Below, one piece after another: positions 17,981 to 29,139 of a stretch of 64,000 nt of DNA. The stretch is from positions 1,408,179-1,472,178 of the forward strand of contig OZ240206.1 of the NCBI GenBank assembly GCA_965197405.1, in the 5' to 3' direction. Source of the stretch: Dehalococcoidia bacterium. GTDB lineage: Bacteria > Chloroflexota > Dehalococcoidia > Lucifugimonadales > JAGWBF01. The translations under genes were made by a program, and so were the position numbers. How positions within the stretch are numbered: the stretch's first letter is position 1; each line of letters starts with the position of its first letter. A model generated the notes under the pieces. It saw only the letters and a list, made by a program, of their open reading frames with translations, searched no databases and was not told where the DNA came from.

Positions 17981-19156
17981 ACCGCCAGTTGATGGTGACC
18001 CGCGCCTCGTTTCGCTCCTGCACCGAGGCCCCGACTTCCCGTTGGAGCGATTCTGCGTCGGGGAGCCGCTGCTTCAGACAGGAGCGGGATAGCACGCTGA
18101 ACTCGATCTCCGCCATGTTCAGCCAACTGCCGTGCTTGGGCGTATAGTGGAACTCCAGCCGTTTAGCTATCCGCCGGGCTTCCGGCGCGGGGAAGGTCTC
18201 GTACAACGAAGCGAGGCGATGGGTGTTCAGGTTGTCCAGCACCACCCGCACCACCTCGACCTCCGGGTAGGCCTCATCCACCAGCCAGCGCATCTGGTGG
18301 GCGAAGTCCTGCATGGTGCGCCGTTCGGTCACCGCCACCTGCCGCCAGCCAGCCAGGGGCTCACAGGCCAGGAACAGGTTGCGGGTTCCCTCCCGCCGGT
18401 ACTCGTAGTCCCGACGCAGCGGACGCCCCGGCTCGGCAGGGAGAGAGGGCCGCGTCTCGGCTAACAACTGGGTGGAGGTCTCATCAAAGCAGACCACCGG
18501 CCGTTGCGGGTCATAGGGTTCGGCGTACAAATCCAGGACGTCCTCCATGTGGGCCACGAAGTCGGCGCTTACCTCGGGGATGCACCACTCCTGCTTCTGC
18601 CACGGCTTAAGGACGTTTTTTTGAGCCGCTGGCGCACCGTCTCGTGGGACAAGGATGACGCCAACCCCAACTCCACCACTTTGTCCTCCAGCAAGCGCAG
18701 GGTCCAATGGTCATGTCCTTCCGGCGCTGGGCTACAGGCCAAGGCAATCAGAGCCTGCCCCGTACTGGATACGGGGTGGGCTTCGCCCAGGTCCTCCAGC
18801 TTCCGGTACCCGTTCGCTTGGACCCGGTCTTGCAGCGCCCCAGCCAACCCAGCTTCGGCAAAGCGGCGCTTGACGCGGAACACCGTGCCCTCGACCACAT
18901 CCAAGGCTTGCGCCACCCGGGGCGCAGACCAACCTGCATCGGTCTTGAGCAGTATCCGCGCCCGAATAGTCACCCGGGCGGTACTTTTACCAGCCCGAAC
19001 CAAGTGTTCCAGTTGGTTCCGCTGCTCCGGCGTCAACCTGACTCCGTACTTTTCCCTGACCATACCACCACCTCACTTCAACCCAGTCTGTTGCTCAGTA
19101 TAGCGCCTTGGTTCAGACTCTTTAAACTACCATCAAAAACAGATTTGACTGACTAC
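17912..19156 (-). mobile_element. IS630-family element (type C), copy 1, nested in the IS5-family copy, flanked by TA
   Basis: Ends 'gtagtcagtca...tgactgactac', with TA on both sides (17910-11 and 19157-58). 1245 bp. Near-identical copy at 54671-55915. Confidence 0.85.
17916..19063 (-). CDS. IS630-family transposase, orfA (18569-19063, HTH) + orfB (17916-18707, DDE), slippery A7 run
   Basis: orfB 'VVCFDETSTQL...YEYRREGTRNLF...VLDNLNTHR...FHYTPKHGSWLNMAEIEFS' is a DDE_3/Tc1-mariner-like core. A T7/A7 run at 18606-18612 sits where the two frames meet. Confidence 0.85.
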
Positions 19157-19191
19157 TAGGATGACCCCAAAGGGTTGGGTGGAGGTGAATC

Positions 19192-20009
19192 GTGCTGGAA
19201 GGGAAACCGTTACCTGCTATTTGGGATGTTCCGGACGACCTTTGGGAACGAATCGAACCGGTGATATTGCAGTTGGACCCGCCCAAAGCCAGGGGGCGCA
19301 AACGAGGGGACCAGCGGAAGATGCTGGAAGGCATTATCTTTCGGATGCGCAGTGGTTGCCAGTGGAACCGCCTGCCCCGGGAGTTGGGAGACGACAGTAC
19401 CATCCATCGGACCTTCCAGCGCTGGGTGGGGTGTAGGGTGCTGGAGGGTATCTGGGCTGCCCTGATAGAAGAATGCCAGGAGTTGGGCGGGGTGAACTGG
19501 GAATGGCAGTCGGCGGATTGCGCCATGGGTAAAGCGCGGTTTGGGGGGGCGCCATTGGACACAACCCCACCGACCGGGGCAAAGCTGGAAGCAAGAAGAG
19601 CATCCTGGTGGACGCAGTTGGCGGACCTCTGAGCGTGGTGGTGGCTGGAGCCAACGTCCATGACACGAAACTCTTGAGGCCGACCCTGGAGAGCATCGTA
19701 GTGGCACGCCCGGAAGGCACCCAAAACCTGTGCCTGGGCAAAGGGTATGACAATCCCACGGGGCGAAAAGCGGCAGCGGCCGGAGGGTATCAGGCCCACA
19801 TCAGGCGCATAGGAGAGGAGAAGCTGGACCCCCAGGGGGTAAAACGGTATCCAGCCCGCCGGTGGGTGGTGGAACACACCTTGGCCTGGCTGTCCAAGTG
19901 CCGGGGCATTCTGGTGCGCTACGACAAGAAAGCCGCCAATTATTTGGGATTGCTCCAATTGGCCTGTGCCCTGCTCTGGTACCGAAGACAGTACAGCCTG
20001 CTATTTTGA
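19192..20009 (+). CDS. IS5-family transposase orfA (19192-19632) / orfB (19608-20009), frameshift at a G7 run
   Basis: Clearly homologous to, but diverged from, the 3574-4412 transposase throughout. Confidence 0.8.
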
Positions 20010-20083
20010 GATAGTTTCTTAGTCATACGATGTGCCAGGCTTTTATTCTATCACGACCTCGATGTACAGTATCTAATCCTCTA

Positions 20084-21349
20084 GTACCGCTTCCAGATAG
20101 ATTTGTAAGAATATGATAAAGCAGTCATACTTGGGTATGATCTTTCTTTGAGGAAGTGCCCAGCCATGGCTGCCATCAAGTATAAAATCAAACTGACCGG
20201 GTCCGAACGGACCTGCCTCAATGAGGTTTCCCACCGGGGCAAGCCGTCAGTCCGCACCGTCAAGCGGGCGCTCGCGCTGCTCAAAGCTGACGAAGGACTT
20301 CGGGACCGTGAGATAGCCGATGTGCTTTTGGTCAACGCCGCTACGGTTGCCAGAGCGCGGAAGCGGTACGTGGAGGAAGGACTTGAGGACGCCATTAATG
20401 ACAGACCGCGGCCGGGCCGGGAGCGCAAGCTGGACGACAAGCAGCAAGCCCACCTGATCGCCTTCGCGTGCAGCGCAGCGCCCGAAGGACACACGCACTG
20501 GACGCTCCGGTTGCTGGCCGGCAAGGTGGTGGAGTTGGAGTTTGCTGAGAGCATCTCCCTTGAGACAGTGCGCCAGATACTCAAAAAATGAACTCAAGCC
20601 CTGGAAGAAGAAGGAGTGGTGTATCCCCAAGGTGAGCGGGGAGTTCGTGGCGCGGATGGAGGACGTGCTGGACTTGTACCACCAAGAGTACAACCCGGAG
20701 CGTCCGGTAGTGTGTTTCGACAAGACCTCCAGGCAATTGACCGGGGATGTGAGGCCGCCCATCAAGGCCGCCCCCGGACGGGTGGAACGCTATGACACTA
20801 CCAAGTAACAAGCAGTTACTTACCTCTGCAGGGCCCGGGACACGGGCATAGGGATGCTGAGTACAAGCGAAACGGGACCCGGAACCTGTTCATGATCTGC
20901 GAGCCGAAGGGCGGATGGAGACACGTCGAAGTGACCGGGCGTCGCACTGCCGTGGACTTCGCGCATCAGATGAAGTGGTTGGTGGACAGCGCATACCCTG
21001 ACGCAGAGGTGATCAGGCTGGTCCTGGACAACCTCAACACCCACAAGTTGGGCTCGCTCTACCAAGCGTTTGAGCCATCCGAAGCCCGGCGCATCGCCAA
21101 ACGGCTGGAGTTTCATTACACTCCCACTCATGGAAGCTGGCTGAACATGGCTGAGATCGAGTTGAGCGTCTTCAGCAGACAGTGTTTGGACCGCCGTATC
21201 GGCGATGAAGCGTTGCTGAGACGGGAGGTCGCGGCGCTCGAACGTGAGCGCAACGAGGCCGCCGCCATCATAGACTGGCGGTTCTCCACCCAAGACGCCC
21301 GCAGTAAGCTCAAACATGTATATCCAATAGAATTAAATTGAAACGGTAC
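20084..21349 (+). mobile_element. IS630-family element (type B), copy 1, degenerate, flanked by TA
   Basis: Ends 'gtaccgcttccagatag...gaaacggtac', with TA at 20082-83 and 21350-51. Homologous copy at 56563-57819. Confidence 0.8.
20148..21341 (+). pseudogene. IS630-family transposase broken by a 60-nt stop-containing insertion (20799-20858)
   Basis: Three ORF pieces (20148-20591, 20542-20808, 20892-21341). Alignment by eye to copy 2 shows an extra 60 nt between 'cgctatgacac' and 'gagtacaag'. Confidence 0.75.
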
Positions 21350-21378
21350 TAGAGATGGCTAACTCGCGTTATGTGGCT

Positions 21379-22197
21379 AGGGTGTGTTGACATTTCACCG
21401 CAGCCAAATGAGTGCAGCGGTGAAGTGAAGGAAGCCCAGATATCCGGTGTCTAGCTTCTCAAACCGGGAGAACACCCGGCGATAGTGCTTTATCTTGTTG
21501 ATGAAACATTCCACCAAGTGACGCTCCCGGTACAGGTAGGCATCGTAGGCTTGGGATTCCTTCCGGTTGGAGCGCGCAGGTATGACCGGATTCATGCCCT
21601 GTGCCAGGATGTACTGGCGAAACTCCCGGGAATCATAGAATCATACCCCTTGTCGGCAACCACGTACTCCCCGGCATAACCGGCTATCAGACCCGCGGCC
21701 TGGGTGATGTCGTGCTTTTGACCCCCGGTCAGGATGAATCGCAAGGGATTACCCAAGGCATCCACGCTCACGTGGACCTTGGTGCTGGACCCGCCGCAGC
21801 TCCGGCCCAAGGCCTGGGCTGCTTGGCCACCCTTTGGGGGGGCGCTCCGGCGGCACAAGGGTGTGCCCGGACTACGGTGCTGTCTACGATGAGGTATTCC
21901 ATATCCGGGTCGTCGGCGAAATGTTGATGCAGCAGTTCCCAGATACCCCGGTCGGCCCAGCGGCCAAACCTTTTGTAGACGCTGTTCCAATTCCCATACT
22001 CGGCTGGCAGGAGTCGCCACTGGGCGCCGGAGCGGTCCACCCACAGCACCGCTTCTATGAAACGTCGGCATTCCTCTTCCTGACCGACGTACAGGTCGGT
22101 GCGCCCTCGCAAAAAACTGGAGAATCTTGGTCCACTGGCTTGTTGAGGGCTTAAGTCTTGACATATTTCTATTATAGCCAAATGTCAACACACCCTA
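21379..22197 (-). mobile_element. IS5-family (IS427-like) element
   Basis: Terminal inverted repeats 'agggtgtgttgacattt' (21379-21395) and 'aaatgtcaacacaccct' (22181-22197). Confidence 0.8.
21395..22181 (-). pseudogene. IS5-family transposase spread over three frames
   Basis: '[38 protein letters not shown]' (orfA), '[24 protein letters not shown]...VVADKGYDS', and 'YRERHLVECFINKIKHYRRVFSRFEKL'. One frame change may be programmed; the second is not. Confidence 0.7.
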
Positions 22198-22563
22198 AAC
22201 ATAGCCTACTTCCCCGATGCAGGAGCGCAGCACCTCTGGCTTGGCCAACAGTCGCTCCACCGTACCCCAGAACTCCCTGAGCAACTGCCCCAGATCAGTG
22301 CAAATCACGTTCCTCAATTCGACCCGCTTCATGTAGCGCCAGACCCCCTCGTCCGGGTTCAATTCCGGGGCGTACGCGGGCAACCTCTCCAGTTGGATGC
22401 GCCTGGCCCCGCCTTGGGCAGCCAGGCTGCGGTGGATGGGCGCTCCGTCCCAGATCACCAGTAGTTTGCCCGGTATCTCTTCAAGCAACTGTTCCAGGAA
22501 CCTGATGATGTCCGGCCCTTTATAGGAGTGGTCTTGCACTTCATTGTTTAGATAATCATTCAC
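22195..22563 (-). pseudogene. C-terminal fragment of a third IS630-family transposase
   Basis: 'GKLLVIWDGAPIHRS...LERLPAYAPELNPDEGVWRYMKRVELRNV' is only the distal DDE part. It abuts the IS5-family element. Confidence 0.75.
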
Positions 22564-22756
22564 GCATCAGTAAAAGACCCCGCTATCTTCACAGGGCGAA
22601 ATTGACAGCATTGTTGCGTTCCACTACACTTGTTCTTGCCGGGGGCCATGCCCCCATCAGGCACGGGCAGGATGGCCTGACGAGGGGTGCCTAAGGAGAT
22701 ATGAGGAGATATACTGTGGCGGCCCGGTGGGGAAATCACGGAGAGGGGGGCTTTCC

Positions 22757-24217
22757 ATGGCTACAGGCAATGAAATATGCCGTATGGATGCGGTGACGCT
22801 GGCGAACAGCATCCGGGCCAAAGAGCTGTCACCCGTTGAGGTCGTTGATGCGGTCCTCGCACGCATGGACAGCCTGGAGCCTACCCTGCACGCGTTCTGC
22901 ACTCCAACGCCCAATTTGGCCAGGGAAACCGCGAAGAGAATTGAGCAAGCTCTGATGTCCGGAGACCAGGTAGGGCCATTGGCCGGGGTCCCGGTGGGCA
23001 TCAAGGACCTGGTTTCCACGAAAGGCATTCGCACCGCCTCCGGCTCTATTGCGTATAAAGACTTCTTCCCCACAGAGGACGACATCGTGGTCGAGCGCTT
23101 GAAGGACGCTGGCGCGGTCATCATCGGCAAAACGAACGTGACGGAGCTTGGCTATAGCGGCGCCAGCCACAACCCCGTTTTCGAGACCACCCGCAACCCT
23201 TGGAATACGGACCTCACGTCGGGAGGGTCGAGCGCAGGCTCCGGCGCCGCGGTAGCCTCCGGTATGGGGCCATTCGCCATTGGCAGCGATGGCGGCGGGT
23301 CCGTCCGCATCCCGGCGGCCCACTGTGGCATTTACGGGTTCAAGGCGTCCATGGGGCGCGTTCCGCTGTACCCCGGCGCTCGCGACGAGCGATACCCGGG
23401 CGTGTCCAGCTGGGAGGGGCTGGAGCACATCGGTCCGATGAGCCGGACCGTGGCCGACAGCGCGCTGATGCTCTCGGTCATTGCTTCCGGTCCCGATGAC
23501 CGGGACCGCCACACGCTGCCCGCGCCGGACTTCGACTGGATGGAGGACTGCCTTGAAGGCGCTCTGCGAGGCTTGAGGGTCGCGTACAGCCCCGACTGGG
23601 GGTATGCTGCGGTAGACCCACAGGTGCGCCATGTTGTAGGCGAGGCCGTCAAGGTGTTCGAGCGCGACCTGGGCTGCGTGGTCGAGGAAGCCCACCCCGG
23701 TTGGGATGACCCGTATTACGCCTTCTGGGGCCTGGTGGCCCTGGAGTCGGACTTGCAGGGCATGAGGGAACTGGTCGCCAAGTACCCGGGCCAGATGAGC
23801 CCACACCTGGTTGACTTCATACAGCGCCCCTGGACTGCCGAGGAACTGACCGGTTCGGTAATCGCAAGGAAGGCCGTGGTCAACAAGATGTGGAAATTCA
23901 TGCGCAAATATGACCTTCTGCTGACTCCTACCCTTGCGTGTCCGCCGTTCCCGGTCAATATACAGGGACCCGAGAAGATTGATGGTCGGATGGTCGAGCC
24001 GTTTCGGTGGCTCGCCTTCACCTTCCCCCTCAACATGACAGGACAGCCGGCGGCATCCATCCCCGCCGGTTGGACCGAGGACGGCCTGCCGGTGGGTCTG
24101 CAAATCATCGGGCGACACCTGGACGACCCCCTGGTGCTGAGAGCGTCCACGGCCTTTGAGGCGGCAAAGCCCTGGAGGGACCAGTGGCCGCCCATCCTCA
24201 AGGAACTGGGCTTGTAA
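22757..24217 (+). CDS. amidase-signature family amidase
   Basis: 'GVPVGIKDL...[12 protein letters not shown]...[13 protein letters not shown]' are amidase signature motifs. ATG at 22757 preferred (purine-rich stretch upstream); the track ORF starts at GTG 22727. Confidence 0.85.
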   Translation: MATGNEICRMDAVTLANSIRAKELSPVEVVDAVLARMDSLEPTLHAFCTPTPNLARETAKRIEQALMSGDQVGPLAGVPVGIKDLVSTKGIRTASGSIAYKDFFPTEDDIVVERLKDAGAVIIGKTNVTELGYSGASHNPVFETTRNPWNTDLTSGGSSAGSGAAVASGMGPFAIGSDGGGSVRIPAAHCGIYGFKASMGRVPLYPGARDERYPGVSSWEGLEHIGPMSRTVADSALMLSVIASGPDDRDRHTLPAPDFDWMEDCLEGALRGLRVAYSPDWGYAAVDPQVRHVVGEAVKVFERDLGCVVEEAHPGWDDPYYAFWGLVALESDLQGMRELVAKYPGQMSPHLVDFIQRPWTAEELTGSVIARKAVVNKMWKFMRKYDLLLTPTLACPPFPVNIQGPEKIDGRMVEPFRWLAFTFPLNMTGQPAASIPAGWTEDGLPVGLQIIGRHLDDPLVLRASTAFEAAKPWRDQWPPILKELGL

Positions 24218-24251
24218 AGAGAGAATCAACTCTGGACCGAGGAGAGTAATC

Positions 24252-24965
24252 ATGAGCATCTACGTGCTGGTACATGGAGCGTTTCACGGGGGCTGGGCAT
24301 GGGAGAAGGTAGCTCCCCTCCTGGAAAAGGAGGGGCACAAGGTAATCTCCCCCGACCTGCCGGGCCACGGGGAGGATAAGACGCCGGTATCGCAAATTAC
24401 CCTGCAAGCCTACACTGATACGGTGTGCGAAATCCTGGATGAGCAGCCTGAGCCGGTGATTCTGGTCGGCCACAGCCTGGGAGGCATCTCCATATCCACG
24501 GCGGCAGAGGCCAGGCCCGAAAAGGTCAAGACCCTGGTATACCTGGCAGCCCTTCTCCAGCAGGACGGCGAGACTTCGACGGGCGTGATGAGCGGAGATA
24601 CGGAGTCCATCGCTCCCCAGTACGCGGTGATGTCCGAGGACAATAGCACCATCAGCATCCCCATCGAGGGGTACAAGGTAGTGTCCTACAACACCTGCTC
24701 CGACGAGGACGTGGCGTGGGCCGCCCCTTTCCTGGTGCCCGAACCCACGGCTCCCATGTCAACGCCGGTACACGTTACGGAAGAGCGCTTTGGCCGGGTG
24801 CCCCGGGTCTACATAGAGACCCTTCTGGACAAGGGGGTCACTCCATCGTTGCAGAAGAAGATGTACACGGCCCTGCCGTGCCAAAAGGTAATCAGCATGA
24901 ACACCGACCACTCGCCCTTCCTCTGCGCTCCCCAGGAGTTGGCAGACCACCTCCTGGCGCTGTAG
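24252..24965 (+). CDS. alpha/beta hydrolase (methylesterase/SABP2-like)
   Basis: 'YVLVHGAFHGGWAWEKV' and the nucleophile elbow 'GHSLGG'. Internal ATG at 24252 chosen as the start. Confidence 0.75.
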   Translation: MSIYVLVHGAFHGGWAWEKVAPLLEKEGHKVISPDLPGHGEDKTPVSQITLQAYTDTVCEILDEQPEPVILVGHSLGGISISTAAEARPEKVKTLVYLAALLQQDGETSTGVMSGDTESIAPQYAVMSEDNSTISIPIEGYKVVSYNTCSDEDVAWAAPFLVPEPTAPMSTPVHVTEERFGRVPRVYIETLLDKGVTPSLQKKMYTALPCQKVISMNTDHSPFLCAPQELADHLLAL

Positions 24966-25052
24966 GGTTCTGGGGAGAGTCCAATCTTTTCTAGGTATTC
25001 TCCATACGCGCATGAGTGATAGAGTCGGACTGATTCTAATACGAAGTGCAGG

Positions 25053-26558
25053 ATGGAAGCGTTAAGTAAGACGGCGTTAATTACCAAACTCTTGAACCGC
25101 TCGTCCCTGCTGGTCATATTGAGCATATGCACACTGATCATAGCGGTGTCTCTGGCTTGCGGGAACCAGGACTTCACTCAGCTAAGTATGTGTGACAGTG
25201 ATTACTGGCGCCACATGGAAGATAGTCACTGGCCCGGCGCAGATGGCGCACTTGTGCCTTGGTCTCCGATCTCTTCTATCTCCTCTTGGCGTAACGCTGA
25301 CGTAGAAGACGTGCTTGCCGAACTGGAGGGCGGCAGGCATGTCACCGCCAAGGACGACTCAGGCCGGACGCTCTTGCATTGGGCGGCGATGTGTAATGAA
25401 GCTCCGGCAGTTATAAAGTTGCTGCTGGCCCGGGGTGCGGACATCAATGCAAGAGACAATTCGGGCCGGACGCCACTGCACAGCGCAGCAAAATACAATG
25501 AAGCTCCGGCAGTTATAAAGTTGCTGCTGGACCGGGGCGCAGACGTGGACACCAGGGACAATGCCGACAGTACGCCCCTGCAGATCGCAGCGTTACAGAA
25601 TGAAGCGCCGGCGGTTATCAAGATGCTGCTGGACCGCGGAGCAGACGTAGACGCCAGGGAACATCACAGCAGTACGCCCCTGATTTCGGCGGGGCACCTC
25701 AACAAGCCTGAGGTTATCATGCTTCTGCTGGAAGCAGGCGCGGACGTCAATGCAAGGAACGATTTTGGCCACACCCCCTTGAATACGGCGGCTCAGCGTC
25801 AAGATTTGGCGGTGATCCAAGCGCTGCTGGACCGCGGCGCGGACGTCAATGCAAGGGACCATGCCGGTAGTACGCCCCTGCACCGGGCAGCCTTACGTCA
25901 AGAGCCGGCCGTAATCGAATTGCTGCTGGAACGAGGCGCAGACGTCCATGATACGACCAATTCAGGCGACACTCCCCTGCACCGAGCGGCAAGCTCCAAT
26001 GAAACGCCGGTCATTGAGTTGCTGCTGGACCTTGGCTTGGACGTCAATGTAAGGGGCCACAATGGTGACACGGCTTTGCATAATGCGGCAAATTACACTG
26101 AAGAACCGGAGGTTATAGCACTGCTGCTGGACCGTGGCGCAAACATCGATGCCAAAAACGATTTTAGTATAACGCCCCTCCAAACGGCAGCCGCCTACAG
26201 CGAAAGTTTGCCGGTCATTGAGTTGCTGCTGGACCGCGGCGCAGACATCGAGTCCAGGAGCCACTTGGGCTTCACACCTCTGCACTGGGCAGTGGACACC
26301 AATGAAGAACCGGTTATCGAGTTGCTGCTGGACCACGGCGCGGACATCGACGCGAGGGACAATTCCGGCAACACTCCCCTGCATGCACTCGCGGGCGCTA
26401 CGTCGTGGGGCAACTACGTGCCGGCGATCATTGAGCTTCTGGTGAATCGCGGTGCAGACACCAGCTTGAAAAACAGCTCCGGTTTGACGCCATGCCAGCT
26501 CGCGCGAGAAAGTCGCGTTCTCTCCAATACGGACACACAGAACCTGTTGTGCCAGTAG
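25053..26558 (+). CDS. lipoprotein with ~12 tandem ankyrin repeats
   Basis: N-terminal hydrophobic signal ending in the lipobox-like 'VSLAC'. Repeated 33-aa units 'GxTPLHxAAxxNEAPAVIKLLLDRGADVxARDxx'. Confidence 0.85.
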   Translation: MEALSKTALITKLLNRSSLLVILSICTLIIAVSLACGNQDFTQLSMCDSDYWRHMEDSHWPGADGALVPWSPISSISSWRNADVEDVLAELEGGRHVTAKDDSGRTLLHWAAMCNEAPAVIKLLLARGADINARDNSGRTPLHSAAKYNEAPAVIKLLLDRGADVDTRDNADSTPLQIAALQNEAPAVIKMLLDRGADVDAREHHSSTPLISAGHLNKPEVIMLLLEAGADVNARNDFGHTPLNTAAQRQDLAVIQALLDRGADVNARDHAGSTPLHRAALRQEPAVIELLLERGADVHDTTNSGDTPLHRAASSNETPVIELLLDLGLDVNVRGHNGDTALHNAANYTEEPEVIALLLDRGANIDAKNDFSITPLQTAAAYSESLPVIELLLDRGADIESRSHLGFTPLHWAVDTNEEPVIELLLDHGADIDARDNSGNTPLHALAGATSWGNYVPAIIELLVNRGADTSLKNSSGLTPCQLARESRVLSNTDTQNLLCQ

Positions 26559-26702
26559 GCAGTCCGGGCTTACGCCAGATGCGACGTAAATCAAAGTTCA
26601 GTCAAACCGGAGAAAACCTTGACCTCCAGTATCCTCTACACTTGATGGTTCTACGAAGGTGATTCGCTAGCACCTGTTGAGAATGCCCCTTTCTACTCAG
26701 GC

Positions 26703-26731
26703 TTGACACCGGAGCTCAAATGTTGTAATTT
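26703..26731 (+). promoter_or_regulatory. possible sigma70-type promoter for hyuAB
   Basis: TTGACA (26703-26708), a 17-nt spacer, then TAATTT (26726-26731). Followed by the direct repeat 'tagaaatc cc tagaaatc'. Confidence 0.3.
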
Positions 26732-26900
26732 CCCACAGTAGAAATCCCTAGAAATCACCTCATACGACGCCTGCTTTGAGCCTGATATGGATAGCATCGA
26801 GCATATAGGCCTCGCCATTTCGTCCGATTAGAGCCTGGCAGACTCATTGAACTCATGGGACTCATGGCGCGGGCAACTCTGCGCATTAGGAGGCAGTGCA

Positions 26901-28949
26901 TTGGCATATAGGTTGGGAGTAGATGTGGGTGGCACCTTCACCGATCTGCTGTTGATTGATGAAAGCTCCGGAGACACCTACCGCGCCAAGGTCCAGTCCA
27001 CACCGGCCGACTCCTCTATTGGAGTGCTGCAGGGGATCGAGAAGGTCTGCACCACCGCCCAGGTGGACCCTGGAATGATTACCCAGATCATGCACGGGAC
27101 AACCGTCGGGACCAACGCGATTCTCCAGGGCAGGGGCGCCAAAATCGGCCTCGTTACCACGACCGGGTACAGACAGGTGTTGCAGATTGGCCGGTCCTTT
27201 GTGCCCGGCATCCTGGCAGGTTGGATCATTTGGAACATGCCCGAACCCCTGGCGCCTCTGGACCTCACCATCGAGGCGAAGGAACGGATGAGCGCCCGCG
27301 GTGACGTGGTGGAGCCACTGGAGGAGGAATCCCTCCGGGAAGGCCTCCAACTGCTGAAGGAGCGAGGCATTGAGGCGCTGACCGTTTCGCTAATCAACTC
27401 CTATGCGAACGGGGCGCACGAGGAGCGCGTCCGAGAGATAGCGGCGGAAATCATGCCCGGCATCCCCATATCCATCTCCTCCGAGATTCTGCCGGAGATG
27501 CAAGAGTACGAGCGGACCCTCACCACGGTGGCTAACTCCTACGTGGCGCCGGTTGTCTCCAGCTACATTGACAACATGCAGAAAGAGCTGAACAACCGGG
27601 GCATTTCCGCCCACCTTCACATCCTGCGCTCCGACGGCGGTCTCGCCTCGGTTGACGTGGCCCAGAAAATGCCGGTCAGCACCCTGATGAGCGGCCCGGC
27701 CGGGGGTGTCGCCGGCGCCCTCTGGATCGCGGAGCAGGCGGGCTATGACAACCTGTTGACCTTCGACATGGGCGGCACCTCGACGGACGTGGCCCTGATT
27801 CAGAACGGCGTGCCGCTGGTGCGGCGCGAGACCACGGTGGGAGACGTGACCATCAGGGCCTCGTCCCTCGATGTCCGGAGCGTCGGCGCCGGCGGCGGCT
27901 CCATCGCCCACGTTCCGGAGCTGACCAGGGCGCTCCGTGTCGGTCCCGAGAGCGCAGGCGCCGACCCGGGGCCTGCCTCCTACGGCAAGGGGGGAGATAG
28001 GCCCACGGTCACCGACGCCAACGTGGTGCTGGGCCGTCTGCCGACGAGGCTCGCCGGCGAGATGGACCTGGATATGGCGGCCTCCGAGAGGACCGTACAG
28101 AGTATCGCCGACGCCCTTGGCCTCGACCTCAAGCGTGCGGCTGCCGGCATTATAGACATCGTCAACGAGAATATGTTCGGCGCGCTGAGGCTCGTCTCGG
28201 TGCAGCAGGGCTACGACCCACGGGACTTCGCCCTGATTGCCTTCGGCGGCGCGGGGCCGCTGCACGCCAACGCTCTCGCCAGGCTGATGAGCTCCTGGCC
28301 GGTAATCATCCCGCCATCGCCGGGCGTGCTGTGCGCCTACGGCGACGCCACCACCAGGCTGCGCAACGACGTCTCTCGCACCTTCATCCGCCAGTTTTCA
28401 GAGACCACCAACGAGGAGATTGAGGGTATTCTGAGAGAGCTGGCCGAGAGCGCATCCCAGGCGCTGGACGCCGAGGGAGTGCCCCGCTCCGACCAGTCAA
28501 CGCAGTCCGAGATTGACGTGCGCTATCACGGGCAGGGGCTGGTCCTCCCCGTCGAGGTTGACATGAGCGGCTTCGATAAAGACGGTCTCGACAGGGTGCG
28601 TCAGAGCTTCGACGAGGCCCACACCCAGCTCTTCACCTTCGCCCTTGAGGCTGAGCCGGAGGTGGTGAACCTGCGCGCGGTCGTCCAGGGCAAGTCCACC
28701 CTGGTCAAAGCCGGGACCATCGAGAAGGGCGACGCCGACCCCTCGGCGGCAAAGGTTGATGTCACCACCATCTTCGTGGACAATGGCGATAGAGAGGCCG
28801 CCATCTATGACAGGTCGAAGCTCCTGGCTGGCAACCGGATCGTCGGCCCTGCCATCGTTACGGAGATGGACTCGACCACCCTCATTCTGCCGGACCATGC
28901 CGGCGAAGTGGATACCTACGGCAATATCATCATCAACCCACTTACCTAG
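26901..28949 (+). CDS. hyuA: hydantoinase/oxoprolinase family, A subunit
   Basis: 'YRLGVDVGGTFTDLLLID' is the N-terminal hallmark. TTG at 26901 with AGGAGG 7 nt upstream is preferred; the track ORF starts at 26847. Confidence 0.85.
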   Translation: MAYRLGVDVGGTFTDLLLIDESSGDTYRAKVQSTPADSSIGVLQGIEKVCTTAQVDPGMITQIMHGTTVGTNAILQGRGAKIGLVTTTGYRQVLQIGRSFVPGILAGWIIWNMPEPLAPLDLTIEAKERMSARGDVVEPLEEESLREGLQLLKERGIEALTVSLINSYANGAHEERVREIAAEIMPGIPISISSEILPEMQEYERTLTTVANSYVAPVVSSYIDNMQKELNNRGISAHLHILRSDGGLASVDVAQKMPVSTLMSGPAGGVAGALWIAEQAGYDNLLTFDMGGTSTDVALIQNGVPLVRRETTVGDVTIRASSLDVRSVGAGGGSIAHVPELTRALRVGPESAGADPGPASYGKGGDRPTVTDANVVLGRLPTRLAGEMDLDMAASERTVQSIADALGLDLKRAAAGIIDIVNENMFGALRLVSVQQGYDPRDFALIAFGGAGPLHANALARLMSSWPVIIPPSPGVLCAYGDATTRLRNDVSRTFIRQFSETTNEEIEGILRELAESASQALDAEGVPRSDQSTQSEIDVRYHGQGLVLPVEVDMSGFDKDGLDRVRQSFDEAHTQLFTFALEAEPEVVNLRAVVQGKSTLVKAGTIEKGDADPSAAKVDVTTIFVDNGDREAAIYDRSKLLAGNRIVGPAIVTEMDSTTLILPDHAGEVDTYGNIIINPLT

Positions 28950-29002
28950 CTAACCAGGGTCATTCAATTCTCGACGCTAGGCGAGTACAGGCCCTCGTCG
29001 CG

Positions 29003-29136
29003 TGTCATTCCGAACGCAGCGAGGCGGAGTGAGGAATCTAAAATGGCGGCTAACAGGAACCGGAATCAAGGCGTACCGGCGAGAAAAACACAGCGGTCAA
29101 CTAGGACTTTAGACCCCTCGCTCCGCTCGGGGTGAC
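29003..29136. repeat. MITE-like palindromic repeat, family 1 (GTCATTCCGA... termini), copy 1
   Basis: 'gtcattccgaacgcagcgaggcggagtgaggaatctaaa ... tttagacccctcgctccgctcggggtgac', with imperfect terminal inverted repeats. Homologous to 31145-31279. Confidence 0.7.
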
Positions 29137-29139
29137 AAT

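Larger units (their letters stand above)
17852..20024 (+). mobile_element. IS5-family element, copy 2, carrying a nested IS630-family insertion
   Basis: Terminal repeats 'ctaagaaactatctcaaa' (17852-) and 'tttgagatagtttcttag' (-20024). Without the nested element its length (~925 bp) equals that of copy 1. Confidence 0.8.

Noticed and set aside
25300-26500. Regularly spaced DNA repeats that could be mistaken for a CRISPR array (ankyrin region; also the Pro/Thr-rich repeats at 56300-56560).
   Set aside because: The 99-nt periodicity is the 33-codon ankyrin unit inside one continuous ORF. There is no repeat/unique-spacer alternation, and I see no cas genes. No CRISPR array was seen anywhere in the window.
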